Below, one piece after another: positions 1 to 10,268 of a stretch of DNA of 64,000 bases. Every line of letters starts with the position of its first letter. Within the stretch, counting starts at the first letter, position 1. The position numbers were made by a program, and so were the translations under genes. Origin of the DNA: Cyanophyceae cyanobacterium (GTDB taxonomy: Bacteria; Cyanobacteriota; Cyanobacteriia; Cyanobacteriales; Laspinemataceae); assembly GCA_038321985.1 (NCBI GenBank), contig JBBQFN010000016.1:1-64000 (forward strand), in the 5' to 3' direction. The notes beneath the pieces are model-generated. The model did no database searches and was not told the origin of the DNA. It saw nothing but the letters and a program-made list of their open reading frames with translations.

Positions 1-12
1 CAGCATGATCTG

Positions 13-228
13 AAGAGACCCCCCCAACCCCCCCTTCGTATGGGGGGGCTTTTTAGAGATTCCGTTTTCGGGTGCCCTCCCCTTCGCAAGGGGAGGGTTT
101 GGGTGGGGTTCTTCTCTTATCGGAAGAGACCCCCCCAACCCCCCCGGAGTAATGCCGGGCTTTTTATAGAATCCGGTCTACGGTCCCCACCCCGTTGCAA
201 CGGGAGGGTTAGGGTTGGGTTCTTCTCT
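13..228. repeat. Array of alternating GC-rich REP-like hairpins, about 110 bp period, two units visible
   Basis: GAAGAGACCCCCCCAACCCCCC occurs at 13 and 123. Each copy is followed by a CCCTCCCCTT..AAGGGGAGGG-type hairpin ending GGGTTCTTCTCTTA. Confidence 0.8.
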
Positions 229-242
229 TAACCGGTCCTGCA

Positions 243-959
243 TCATCCCGCTATTTCTTCACAAATCCGCCGAAATGCCCCTGCTGGGTCCGCAGAGGCC
301 GTAATCGGTCGTCCAATGACTAAGTAATCGGCACCGGCTTTAATCGCCTCTTCAGGGGTCATGGTGCGTTGCTGATCTCCAGCTTCTGACCAAGAGGGAC
401 GGACCCCCGGACAGACCAACAAAAACTCTGAACCACACACCGATCGCAATTGTGCCGCTTCGTGAGGAGAACAAACCGCCCCAGGCAAACCACTTTCTTT
501 TGCTAATAAAGCCATTTGTAAGGCATATTCGGGCAACTCGACAGGAATTTTGAGGTCAAAAGCTAAATCACGGGAATTTAGACTGGTTAACAGGGTAATA
601 GCAATGAGTTTGGGCGCTTGGTCTCCCGCAGTTTCTTCTAACACCGCTTGAGCGTCTTTAAGCGCCTTGCGTCCACAGGTGGCGTGAATAGTCAGCAAAT
701 CCACGTGGTAACGGGCCGCTGAGCGACAGGCCCCAACAACGGTATTGGGGATATCGTGCAATTTCAAGTCGAGAAAAATCCGTTTTTGACGAGTTTTGAG
801 TTCGGAGAGAATGCTAGGACCCGACCCGACAAACAGTTCGAGTCCCACTTTCCAGAAGGAGACCTCCGGCAGGCAGTCAACCAGGGCGATTGCCTCCGCC
901 TGAGTTGGGACATCCAGGGGAACGATAACGCGATCGCCAATAGATTTGGAAACAGACAT
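243..959 (-). CDS. pyrF: Orotidine-5'-phosphate decarboxylase
   Basis: [13 protein letters not shown] catalytic motif, [22 protein letters not shown]. Confidence 0.97.
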   Translation of the reverse strand: MSVSKSIGDRVIVPLDVPTQAEAIALVDCLPEVSFWKVGLELFVGSGPSILSELKTRQKRIFLDLKLHDIPNTVVGACRSAARYHVDLLTIHATCGRKALKDAQAVLEETAGDQAPKLIAITLLTSLNSRDLAFDLKIPVELPEYALQMALLAKESGLPGAVCSPHEAAQLRSVCGSEFLLVCPGVRPSWSEAGDQQRTMTPEEAIKAGADYLVIGRPITASADPAGAFRRICEEIAG

Positions 960-983
960 AGTTGCAGGGGGAGAGGGATAAAG

Positions 984-2276
984 TTAAGCACCGACTAAGC
1001 GGACGAATTTCTTTTTACCGACTTGCAAAACCTTATTGTCTAGGTCCGCAAGGGATTCAAAGGAGAGATTTTCATCCGTAATGCGATCGCCATCCAAACG
1101 AACGGCACCCCCTTTAATCTGGCGACGGGCATCAGAACTACTGCCGCACAGACCACTGATATTGAGGATATAAAACAGTTTGGCGGGAAATTCTACATCA
1201 GCTACAGAAAATTCGGGTACTGCCTCTGCCTGAGTGGCATCCCCTTGAACTAGGGTTTCAGCAGCGCGTCGCGCCTCTCGTGCGGCATCTCCCCCATGTT
1301 GGTGTGCCACGACTGTTGTTGCCAGTAATTTTTGGCGATCGCGGGGGTTTTCCGGTAACTCCTCCAAGGCTAAAGGGGTTAACAGTTCAAAATATTGCTC
1401 AATCAAGCTATCGGGGATTTTTTCCAACTTGGAATACATCGATAACGGTTCTTCCGCCAGACCTACATAATTATTCAGAGACTTAGACATTTTCTGGGTG
1501 CCGTCGGTCCCCAGCAAAATCGGCATCAACAGGCCAAACTGAGGCACCTGTCCGAAATAGCGCTGTAAATCTCGTCCAACGGCGATATTAAACTTTTGGT
1601 CCGTTCCTCCAAGTTCCACATCCGCCTGAACTGCGACAGAATCGTATCCTTGCATCAACGGATAGAGAAACTCATGGAGGTAGACTGGGTTACCTTTCTC
1701 GTAGCGATCGGCAAACCCCTCTTTTGCTAACATTTGTCCCACGGTCATGGTGGTTAAGAGTTCCTGAATTTTGGCTAAATTCAGCTTTGACAACCACTCC
1801 GAGTTGTAGCGAATTTCTAGACGGCCGGGGGTCTCGAAATCTAGAATAGAACGAACTTGGTCGAGATAGGTTTGGGCATTATGCTGGACATCAGCCTCGG
1901 TGAGTTGGCGTCGGACTTCAGATTTCCCCGTGGGGTCACCAATTTGGGCGGTAAAGTCCCCAATAATCAAAACCGCTGTATGTCCGGCATCTTGAAAGGC
2001 CCGCATTTTTCGCACGGGAATGCTATGTCCCAGATGGATATCGGCACCCGTGGGGTCGATGCCTAACTTGACCCGCAAGGGGCGGTCTGCACGGTGCAGA
2101 CGCGCAACCAAGGACTCATTGGGGTCTTGAGATTCGGGTTGATTTGGAAAAATTTCGCTGACACCACGGTGCAGCCAAGATAAACTTTGATTCAAGGGTT
2201 TTAATCTTCTAGTGCCTGGGTGTACAAATATTTCGGCGGGTGGGTGAGCTACAAGTTTACCTAAAAAAGGGGGCAA
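984..2276 (-). CDS. tyrS: Tyrosine--tRNA ligase (true start probably downstream of 2276)
   Basis: [13 protein letters not shown] (HIGH motif), [22 protein letters not shown]-terminal S4-like domain. Confidence 0.97.
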   Translation of the reverse strand: MPPFLGKLVAHPPAEIFVHPGTRRLKPLNQSLSWLHRGVSEIFPNQPESQDPNESLVARLHRADRPLRVKLGIDPTGADIHLGHSIPVRKMRAFQDAGHTAVLIIGDFTAQIGDPTGKSEVRRQLTEADVQHNAQTYLDQVRSILDFETPGRLEIRYNSEWLSKLNLAKIQELLTTMTVGQMLAKEGFADRYEKGNPVYLHEFLYPLMQGYDSVAVQADVELGGTDQKFNIAVGRDLQRYFGQVPQFGLLMPILLGTDGTQKMSKSLNNYVGLAEEPLSMYSKLEKIPDSLIEQYFELLTPLALEELPENPRDRQKLLATTVVAHQHGGDAAREARRAAETLVQGDATQAEAVPEFSVADVEFPAKLFYILNISGLCGSSSDARRQIKGGAVRLDGDRITDENLSFESLADLDNKVLQVGKKKFVRLVGA

Positions 2277-2827
2277 CCCTCATGGTGGGCGATCGCCAAC
2301 CTGATTATTCCAGGGGTTAAACTTTAACGGACAATCCCTCTTCAATCGATAAATTTGATCTCTTATTTTTGGGTCAGGGACGTAATCAGGTGTTTACTCC
2401 GTGAAGACGACTATAATTGCAAAGATTCAGTGCTTACGGGGACGTGAGACTTTTGGATTCAGGGGTTCATGCATAACTGGGTTTGGGGCTGTCCCTTAGA
2501 TCCATCTCAGTTTAGGGGAAATCTTAGGGATGCGATCTCCCCTTGTCGAAAAGTCCAATTCTACCGCAACGAGATTGAGATCGCGGCGTCCGGATGATCA
2601 AGGCTGCAACTTGTCGATCTATTTATGGAACGATGGAAGCAGGCAGATGGCACTCCGGCAGAAATTGACCCGAGATGATAAACTGCATCGATAACGTCGC
2701 TTCCACCAATTGTTTTGCGATCGCGCTAAAATTGCTGCCAAATGGCTTGATCTGACCTGTAACCCCAGTTGCCCCCGGTCCCCCTGACATCCTTATTGAG
2801 CTTTGATTAGAGAGGAAGTAAATCGCC

Positions 2828-4753
2828 GTGTCTACTAACACGATTAGACAAAATCCCCCTGGAGACTCCGCACCACTTTTTAATTTTTTTCAGGGCGTCA
2901 GCAAAGTCACCGCAGGAACCCTGCTTGGAATGACCATGTTGCTCAGTTCGGTCGTGGCTGGTGGACTGGTCGGCTTGGCTTTGAGCTTCCGTAACCTTCC
3001 CGACGTCCGAGTTTTACGGACCTACGTTCCGACGGAAACGACCTACATTTACGATATTAACGGGACCCTCTTAACCCGGATTCATGATGAAGCGAATCGG
3101 GAAGTAGTTCCTTTAGATAACATTTCTCCCACCCTAAAGCGAGCAGTTCTCGCCATTGAGGATAGCCACTTTTATCAGCACCACGGGATTAACCCGGGGG
3201 GGGTGATGCGGGCCGTCGTCGCGAACTTAGAGCAAGGTGAAACTGTCGAAGGGGCCTCTACCCTGACGATGCAGTTGGTTAAAAACCTGTTTTTATCTCC
3301 GAATCGGGCCTTTAGCCGAAAAGCCGCTGAGGCAGTGCTGGCGATTCGCATGGAGCAAATTCTTCAAAAAAACGAGATTTTAGAACTCTATCTAAATCAG
3401 GTTTATTGGGGACATAACTTATATGGCATTGAAACCGCCTCTCAAAGCTATTTTAATAAGCCCTCCTCGGAGTTAAACCTGGCAGAGGCGGCGATGTTGG
3501 CGGGTATCATCCAAGCACCGGAAGAATACAGCCCCTTTGTCAATTATCCCCTGGCAAAACAACGGCAGGCTACAGTTTTGGGTCGGATGAGGGACCTCAA
3601 GTGGATTACCACAGAAGAGGAAGCTCAAGCGCGTCAGCAACCCCTACTGGTAGGACGTGTGACCTCGTTCGGTCAGAGTAATTTGCCTTATGTCACCGAT
3701 GCGGTGATTCAGGAGTTGACTCGCCGCTTTGGTCGGGATGCAGCTCTCAAGGGGGGGATGCGGGTTCAAACCACGATCGATATGAATTTTCAACGCATGG
3801 CCGAACAAACGGTGAAGCGTTGGCATGAAAGGCTTTACTACCAGGGACTCTTCTATAGTCGCTCAAATGGACAAATCGCTCTGGTTGCTGTGGATCCGCG
3901 CACTCACTTTGTGAAAGCAATGGTGGGGGGTGTGGATTTTGAAAGCAGCCAATATAACCGAGCGATTCAGGCGCGACGGCAAACTGGGTCAGCATTTAAG
4001 CCATTTGTTTACTATGCGGCCTTTGCTTTCGGTGGCTACTATCCAGAATCGATTGTCCAGGATTCGCCGGTTAGCTATCGTGACGGCGATGGGTATTACT
4101 CGCCAAGAAACTATGGTGGCGGATTTTCGGGTGCTGTGTCAATTCGCAAGGCGTTGGAATCTTCTTTGAACATTCCCGCAATTAAGCTCGGCCAAGCGGT
4201 GGGTTTGAATAAAGTGATTGAAATTTGCCGGAGTCTCGGGATTACCAGTCCGATGGAACCTGTGACTTCTATGCCGTTAGGGGCGATCGACATGACGCCG
4301 ATGGAAATGGCCGGGGCCTTCGCTACCTTTGCCAGCAATGGTTGGCATTCGGACCCGACTTTTATTGTCCAAGTTACGGACAGCACGGGGAATATTTTAC
4401 TAGACAATACGCCTAAACCCAAACTGGTCCTAGATCCTTGGGCTGCGGCATCCCTAACGAACGTCTTGCAAGGGGTGATTAACCAGGGAACCGGAACGGG
4501 AGCGCGTCTGGGTCGTCCAGCGGCTGGTAAGACAGGAACGACGTCTTCTCAGCGGGATATCTGGTTTGTGGGTTATGTGCCTCAGTTGTCTACTGCGGTG
4601 TGGGTGGGCAATGATGACTATACGCCTTTAGCTTCTGGGGCCACGGGGGGCGGTTTTGTGGCTCCGATTTGGCGGGATTTCATGCACCAGGCGATGCAAG
4701 GAATGCCGGTGGAAGACTTCCCATCTCCGGGACAATTTGATCCTCCGCAATAA
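2828..4753 (+). CDS. Class A penicillin-binding protein (transglycosylase/transpeptidase, PBP1A family)
   Basis: EDSHFYQHHG, GASTLTMQL, SAFK (SxxK), SLN (SxN), KTGT motifs; N-terminal TM helix. Confidence 0.95.
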   Translation: MSTNTIRQNPPGDSAPLFNFFQGVSKVTAGTLLGMTMLLSSVVAGGLVGLALSFRNLPDVRVLRTYVPTETTYIYDINGTLLTRIHDEANREVVPLDNISPTLKRAVLAIEDSHFYQHHGINPGGVMRAVVANLEQGETVEGASTLTMQLVKNLFLSPNRAFSRKAAEAVLAIRMEQILQKNEILELYLNQVYWGHNLYGIETASQSYFNKPSSELNLAEAAMLAGIIQAPEEYSPFVNYPLAKQRQATVLGRMRDLKWITTEEEAQARQQPLLVGRVTSFGQSNLPYVTDAVIQELTRRFGRDAALKGGMRVQTTIDMNFQRMAEQTVKRWHERLYYQGLFYSRSNGQIALVAVDPRTHFVKAMVGGVDFESSQYNRAIQARRQTGSAFKPFVYYAAFAFGGYYPESIVQDSPVSYRDGDGYYSPRNYGGGFSGAVSIRKALESSLNIPAIKLGQAVGLNKVIEICRSLGITSPMEPVTSMPLGAIDMTPMEMAGAFATFASNGWHSDPTFIVQVTDSTGNILLDNTPKPKLVLDPWAAASLTNVLQGVINQGTGTGARLGRPAAGKTGTTSSQRDIWFVGYVPQLSTAVWVGNDDYTPLASGATGGGFVAPIWRDFMHQAMQGMPVEDFPSPGQFDPPQ

Positions 4754-4845
4754 CTGGGTTTAGCCCACAGGAGTTGGGGTGGTTTCTCCTCGGACTCCTC
4801 TGCGGTTTTGGAGGGATTTCAGGTTACTAAATGCGATTATAAATT

Positions 4846-4881
4846 AGCAGGAAAGGCACACAGTGGTGTGCCTTTCCTGCT
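4846..4881. terminator. Perfect 16-bp stem-loop between convergent genes; probable bidirectional terminator or REP-like hairpin
   Basis: AGCAGGAAAGGCACAC-AGTG-GTGTGCCTTTCCTGCT. Confidence 0.65.
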
Positions 4882-4977
4882 GGATAGCGGAGATATCAGT
4901 TGAATGCCCTACAACGCCGGAGTCAGGCAGAAGCATCCCCGGGGAATACTGGGGCTGACTGGACGGTGAGCTAGCTT

Positions 4978-5301
4978 TTAAGTCTCCTGTTCTAGTTGCG
5001 TTTTCATCCGTTCTAAGGTTTGGTGCATCTGTTGAAACATCTGCTGCGGTGTCATGCCAAATTGACCCAGTTGGGTCTTGAGCTGCTCGACGGTCATTTG
5101 AGCCATAAAGTCTTCGGAGAGTTCAAAGCGTTTCATAAAAATGCTATAACGATCCATCATGGCTTCCATGCGGTCGATATAGAGCTTTTTCCCTTCTCTG
5201 TCAAATTTTCCGTAATTGCTACCGAGTTGGATCAAAGCTTGATAATCTTCAAACAGCTCTTTGGCTTCTTGCTGAACAATTTCAGAATCAAAAAAACCCA
5301 T
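4978..5301 (-). CDS. DUF1825 family conserved cyanobacterial protein
   Basis: MGFFDSEIVQQEAK..YGKFDREGK..KRFELSEDF signature. Confidence 0.85.
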   Translation of the reverse strand: MGFFDSEIVQQEAKELFEDYQALIQLGSNYGKFDREGKKLYIDRMEAMMDRYSIFMKRFELSEDFMAQMTVEQLKTQLGQFGMTPQQMFQQMHQTLERMKTQLEQET

Positions 5302-5439
5302 TGTTTTCCCAGTCTCTCTTATACTCGTTTCCCCATTCGGTGGGAATTCCCACCGTCTATCTTATTATTTTAGTGCAGTGGTGGAGAATGGTTTTAGTCA
5401 TAGATAGACTTCCACCCAATTTTGGGGGTAAATTTGGAG

Positions 5440-6030
5440 TTAATTGTCTAGAAAACCGATCCGGTTGACCGGCCAAAATCGTCCGACTGCACGTCCAATG
5501 ATGTTGGTTTTCGGTAAAAAACCCCAAACGTGGGAATCATTACTGTTATTACGGTTATCTCCCATCACAAATACGGAATCGTTGGGGACTTGTTGTGGCC
5601 CCCACTCGTAGTCGGGGGGTTCGGCGATGTACTCTTCTTGCAGGGGTTCGTCATTGAGGTACAGTTGGCCCTTGTGAATGCGGACCATTTCACCTTCCCT
5701 GGCAACGACTCGTTTGATAAAGGCTTGGTCTTTGGTGTAACCGTACTGTTGCAAAGCTGCTGGCGGATCGAAGACGATGATATCCCCAGTGTTCGGGGAA
5801 CGCCAATGATAGGAAAGTTTTTCAACGACGACGCGATCGCCTACTTCTAAGGTTGGGACCATTGAGACGGAGGGAATATATCGCGGTTCAGCAACAAAGG
5901 CTCGGATCCCTAGGGCTAAAATCAAGGCGATCGCTAAAATTTGAAAGTTTTCTCGCAAATGCTGCCAGCCGTTTGATTCTTTTGATTCGGTCGGTGCTGT
6001 TGCTTTTAATTCGGTTTTCTCAGAGGTCAT
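5440..6030 (-). CDS. lepB: Signal peptidase I
   Basis: IPSVSMVPTL (catalytic Ser), FIKRV (Lys), MGDNRNNSNDSH. Confidence 0.95.
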   Translation of the reverse strand: MTSEKTELKATAPTESKESNGWQHLRENFQILAIALILALGIRAFVAEPRYIPSVSMVPTLEVGDRVVVEKLSYHWRSPNTGDIIVFDPPAALQQYGYTKDQAFIKRVVAREGEMVRIHKGQLYLNDEPLQEEYIAEPPDYEWGPQQVPNDSVFVMGDNRNNSNDSHVWGFLPKTNIIGRAVGRFWPVNRIGFLDN

Positions 6031-6464
6031 CTCCGGCTCCCTTAATCCCGTGAGGCAAGATCGGCCCGCTTTAGTTCTGGTAACCGTTCCAGCTAGGGGC
6101 TCATCTCGACGTTTGCTTGTGTCTTTTTATCTTACAACGTCGGGGTCGCCCATCTTGCCTCAGGCTACATCCTGGCACTCTACGAATTCTAAGATGGCCT
6201 GAATGTTGGGGAGTTACGCCGGGGACCGCCACTGGGGACTACTCTTTTGTTAACTGCCCATTTTATTTTTAATTAGTATTTAATTTTAACTTATTTTTTT
6301 AGGAAAAGGAGCGATCGCGATCGCTAGAATGATAGGATCTTACTAACAATCTGAGCCTGAGTTCGATCGCCCCCTTTTGTGACCCAATCGTTCATATTAA
6401 ATCTAGAAGGGAAAGGGGGTTTCTCCCCCGATCCCACTCTGGGAATTCAGTAACCATATTAATT

Positions 6465-8258
6465 ATGTATTATCCCCTCCCCCATCCCAACGACTATCAC
6501 TCCCTAACCCCAACAAAACAACCCCATGAGGATGCAATGTTGGAAAGCGGGACAGGGATCGCCATCTTGGATGCGATCGCCGCAAATTATCCTATAGTCT
6601 ATTGCAATGAGACTTTTGAGCAAATGGGGGGATATTCTCGGGGAGAATTGCTGGGTCGTAGTTGTCCGTTATTCGATGAGGCCACAACGGATCCCCTAAG
6701 CCTGGGTCCTGTTTGGAAGGGTTTAGAAGGCGAGGGGGATTATCGAGTTGTTCTCAAAAGTTGTCGCAAAAATGGTCAAGTATTTTGGCTGGATTTAACA
6801 CTTTCTTCGGTCCGAGATTCTGGGGGTCGTTGTATTCAATACGTGATCGCAGCCCGGGAAATTTGCGATCGCATTGACCCAGCCTTTCTCTATCGCACCC
6901 TAGCCGAAAACCTCCCCCATTCGGCTGTTTTATGGTTTGACCTGAATCTACACTTGCTCAGCATGGAAGGGCCCGAATTAGCGCAGTGGCAGCTCCTACG
7001 GGAGACAGCCGGGGGTCAACTTCTGACGGACGTATTACCCTTGGATATTGCTGAAGCAATCGCCCCTTATTGCTTGGCAACAGTGGCAGGAAAAGCAACA
7101 AATTCGGAAATTATTTTAGGCGATCGCATTTATTCTTTAAAAACCATTCCGTTTCACAATGAGCCAGAAAAAATGGGTGCTGGAATGGCAATTCTGCAAA
7201 ATATCACTGAATCTAAACACTCGTTGCAAAATCTGCAAAAACTAGAGGCCATTTATCAAGTCAAAGTTGCTGAAATTACTCAAGCTAAACAAGAACTTAA
7301 ACAAGCCCGCTCCCAACTTGTTCAAAGCGAAAAAATGTCGGCCCTCGGCCATTTATTAGCCGGAGTTGCTCATGAAATTAATAATCCCGTTAATTTCATT
7401 ACGGGAAACTTAGAACACGCGAGTCAATATATCGAAGACTTGCTTGGACTGGTGTTAGTTTATCAACAGAAATATCCCAACCCCACTCCAGAAATTATCG
7501 ACTGTTCCCAATCCATTGATCTGGAATTTTTAATGGAAGACTTGCCTAAACTGGTCTCTTCCATGCAGTTGGGAGCCGGTCGGATTCGAGAAATTGTATT
7601 ATCCTTGCGCAATTTTTCGAGAATGGATGAATCAGCGGTTAATGCCATAGATATCCATGAATGCTTAAACAGTACCTTGTTAATTTTACAAAATCGATTG
7701 AAAGGGCGTTCTAATCATACAGAAATTCAGCTTGTTAAAAGTTACGACTGGGTGCCGTTAGTAGAATGCTATCCAGGTCAAATCAATCAAGTTTTTATGA
7801 ATTTAGTGAGTAATGCTATCGATGCCCTAGATGAATGGAACGAGGGGCGATCGCCACAAGAGATGGAGTCAAGCCCCGGGGTAATCGCTCTCAAAACTGC
7901 TTTTCTCCCGGGTTGTAGCTCAAGCCTAAATAGTAGAGGTACACCGGCTATTTTAAGCGATTCCCCGCTAATTTCAGTGGATTCTGTATTAATCACCATT
8001 GCGGATAATGGCCCGGGAATTCCCGAGGCTGTAAAAAGTCAACTTTTCACGCCCTTTGTTACCACTAAACCTGTGGGAAAAGGGACGGGTTTAGGACTCT
8101 CAATCAGCTATCATATTGTGGTAGAAAAACATGGAGGAAAGCTGCTGTGCACGTCGGAACCTGGAAAAGGAACCGAATTTGCTATTGTGATTCCCCTTCA
8201 ACAATTATCTCCTGCTGTGGGTATTTCCCAATGGTCTAATTCCGGGGCAGATGGATAA
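6465..8258 (+). CDS. PAS-PAS sensor histidine kinase with an N-terminal LOV-like PAS domain
   Basis: H-box AHEINNP, N-box NLVSNAIDA, DNGPGI, GKGTGLGLSI; N-terminal PIVYCN..GYS..LLGRSC..RKNGQVFW. Confidence 0.9.
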   Translation: MYYPLPHPNDYHSLTPTKQPHEDAMLESGTGIAILDAIAANYPIVYCNETFEQMGGYSRGELLGRSCPLFDEATTDPLSLGPVWKGLEGEGDYRVVLKSCRKNGQVFWLDLTLSSVRDSGGRCIQYVIAAREICDRIDPAFLYRTLAENLPHSAVLWFDLNLHLLSMEGPELAQWQLLRETAGGQLLTDVLPLDIAEAIAPYCLATVAGKATNSEIILGDRIYSLKTIPFHNEPEKMGAGMAILQNITESKHSLQNLQKLEAIYQVKVAEITQAKQELKQARSQLVQSEKMSALGHLLAGVAHEINNPVNFITGNLEHASQYIEDLLGLVLVYQQKYPNPTPEIIDCSQSIDLEFLMEDLPKLVSSMQLGAGRIREIVLSLRNFSRMDESAVNAIDIHECLNSTLLILQNRLKGRSNHTEIQLVKSYDWVPLVECYPGQINQVFMNLVSNAIDALDEWNEGRSPQEMESSPGVIALKTAFLPGCSSSLNSRGTPAILSDSPLISVDSVLITIADNGPGIPEAVKSQLFTPFVTTKPVGKGTGLGLSISYHIVVEKHGGKLLCTSEPGKGTEFAIVIPLQQLSPAVGISQWSNSGADG

Positions 8259-8267
8259 ATTGGAAGC

Positions 8268-8693
8268 TCAAAAAAGGGAGTAAATGCCCCAACCGATGGT
8301 CAAACCCACGATAGCTACCACAAATAAGATTAAAAAATCCTGCCACGGACGAAAAGGGCCAGTTTGAAGGTCAAGTCGGGCGATCGAGGCAGAGACTAAT
8401 AAGGCTAATCCATAAGCCGAAATATCCAACCAAGAGAGGAAAACGACTAGGAAAAGAGCGCCCAACATGACGGTAAAAAATGTGCGGTGATCGGATTTTA
8501 ACCAACGGACTGAAAACGTGCGGATAATCGACCAAGGAGCGGCTAAAACTTCAGCCATTAGAAACGTAAAAACTACCGATACAATCCACAACCACACGGG
8601 CGATCGCGCTTGAGCTAAGGTCCAGCCAAAGTTAAAATAAGTAACTAAAAGAAGCGTCAGAGATAGCCGGGGAAGTTCTTTGATAAAAAACAT
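8268..8693 (-). CDS. Hypothetical integral membrane protein
   Basis: 141 aa with several hydrophobic helices, co-directional with the ferredoxin gene. Confidence 0.7.
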   Translation of the reverse strand: MFFIKELPRLSLTLLLVTYFNFGWTLAQARSPVWLWIVSVVFTFLMAEVLAAPWSIIRTFSVRWLKSDHRTFFTVMLGALFLVVFLSWLDISAYGLALLVSASIARLDLQTGPFRPWQDFLILFVVAIVGLTIGWGIYSLF

Positions 8694-8753
8694 AGAATGC
8701 CCTCTGGCACTTGGGAAAAAACCACAGATTGAGTGTTGAATGTCCGGCGGATT

Positions 8754-9158
8754 CTAAAGATTGCTAGAAATTGCTTGTACCGGACAGGTGGGAATACATT
8801 GTTCACACACGACACAACGCGATCGCGTAAAATTGAGTTGAAAGGTTTCTCGGTTGAGGTGCAGCGCTTCTGTGGGACAAATGCCGGTACAGAGTCCGCA
8901 ATGGACACAACTTTCTTCATCAATCGAAATTTCCCGAGAGGCCAGAGAAATGGTAATATCGTGAGATCGCATCCAATCCAATGCCGCATCCAGTTGATCA
9001 ATATCTCCGGATAATTCAACGACTAACGTGCCAACTTGGTTGGGCGCAACCTGAGCCCGAATAATATTAGCAGCCACGTTAAAATCTTTAGCCAACCGAT
9101 AAGTAATTGGCATTTGGACTGAGCGTTTAGGAAAGGTAAGGGTAACTCTTTTTTTCAT
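8754..9158 (-). CDS. NIL-domain bacterial-type 2x[4Fe-4S] ferredoxin
   Basis: N-terminal AANIIRA NIL-like domain; CVHCGLCTGICP and CVVCEQCIPTCP. Confidence 0.9.
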   Translation of the reverse strand: MKKRVTLTFPKRSVQMPITYRLAKDFNVAANIIRAQVAPNQVGTLVVELSGDIDQLDAALDWMRSHDITISLASREISIDEESCVHCGLCTGICPTEALHLNRETFQLNFTRSRCVVCEQCIPTCPVQAISSNL

Positions 9159-9395
9159 GGTTTAATTTTAAGGGCTTGCAGAGATTACCAAAACAAGGAT
9201 TGAAACTCTTACTCTTGATTTGCTCAGGAAATCTTAGGGAGATTCGTCGCTATTATTTTAGCGCGGCTCGTTCAAAAATTGGAGTTTGCACCGAACTAAC
9301 TCCCCCCTAGTCTAAAACCCTAGGCTCATCCTGCCTAGTTCGCGATCGTTCGCTAAACTAGAAACAGCTTGTAACAACTGGTAGCAAAAGAGCCG

Positions 9396-9977
9396 ATGAC
9401 TGCAAACTTACCCGAAAAACCGACATTTTCATTCGCGAATCAACTCAGAAATCTGCTTATTGTCCTAGCAGCTACAGTCCTAGCAGTGGGGATTTTCCTG
9501 GGATTGCGGACTGAATCTAGTACAGTTTCCCTAACGGATCTGGAAGCAGATACGACACCTTATGAGGTAGCGCTGGAGAATGGCAAACCAACCCTACTGG
9601 AATTTTATGCAAATTGGTGCACAAGCTGTATGGCAATGGCACCGGATATGAAAGAACTGGAAGGGGAGTATGCAGAAACTGTTAATTTTGTCATGTTGAA
9701 TGTAGACAATACGAAATGGTTACCGGAGTTAACAAAATATCGGGTTGATGGTATTCCTCATTTTGTATTTTTAGGTACAGAGGGAGAGGCGATCGCAGAG
9801 GCGATCGGGGAAATTCCTCGGGCAGTCATGGCAGAAAATATAGATGCCTTGATTGCCGGAGAACCTTTACCTCATGCTAAAGCTAAAGGGCAAAAATCAA
9901 TTTTGAATAATGCCAAAGCCTCGACAAGCCCCAATAAAACTGACCCCCGCAGTCATAGCGTACAAGTGGTGAATTAA
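9396..9977 (+). CDS. txlA: Thylakoid thiol:disulfide interchange protein (TxlA/HCF164-like)
   Basis: N-terminal TM helix, EFYANWCTSC, VDGIPHF. Confidence 0.85.
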   Translation: MTANLPEKPTFSFANQLRNLLIVLAATVLAVGIFLGLRTESSTVSLTDLEADTTPYEVALENGKPTLLEFYANWCTSCMAMAPDMKELEGEYAETVNFVMLNVDNTKWLPELTKYRVDGIPHFVFLGTEGEAIAEAIGEIPRAVMAENIDALIAGEPLPHAKAKGQKSILNNAKASTSPNKTDPRSHSVQVVN

Positions 9978-10052
9978 GTTCGATTGAGTTAGGGGATAAA
10001 TTTAGAGATAGGATGGATTTTTAAAAGGGCACTCGCCTATGTATGAGGCGGT

Positions 10053-10234
10053 ATATCCCGCTTCTGTCATTCTAGAAAAACCCTTGTCTTGACTGAATTC
10101 CAGAACTCTTACAGGGTCAGTGTTCACGACGCTTTTTCCTAACCGGAACTCAAAAATATAGTCAGATCCGCCTAGATCTGTGCGGATAAGAGGTACGGCG
10201 ATCGCCATTTCCGACCATGACAGAAGCGGGTTAT
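10053..10234. mobile_element. Putative MITE / non-autonomous IS remnant
   Basis: Perfect 14-bp terminal inverted repeats CCCGCTTCTGTCAT (10057-10070) and ATGACAGAAGCGGG (10217-10230), extendable to 17/18 bp; no credible CDS inside. Confidence 0.55.
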
Positions 10235-10268
10235 CAATTACCCCCACCAACTACCCTGGAGGTGGCCC

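Noticed and set aside
40..231. 63-aa ORF
   Set aside because: It is a translation of the hairpin repeat array.
2277..2827. T-box or other leader RNA upstream of tyrS
   Set aside because: No T-box consensus or convincing structure; only a 9-bp inverted repeat.
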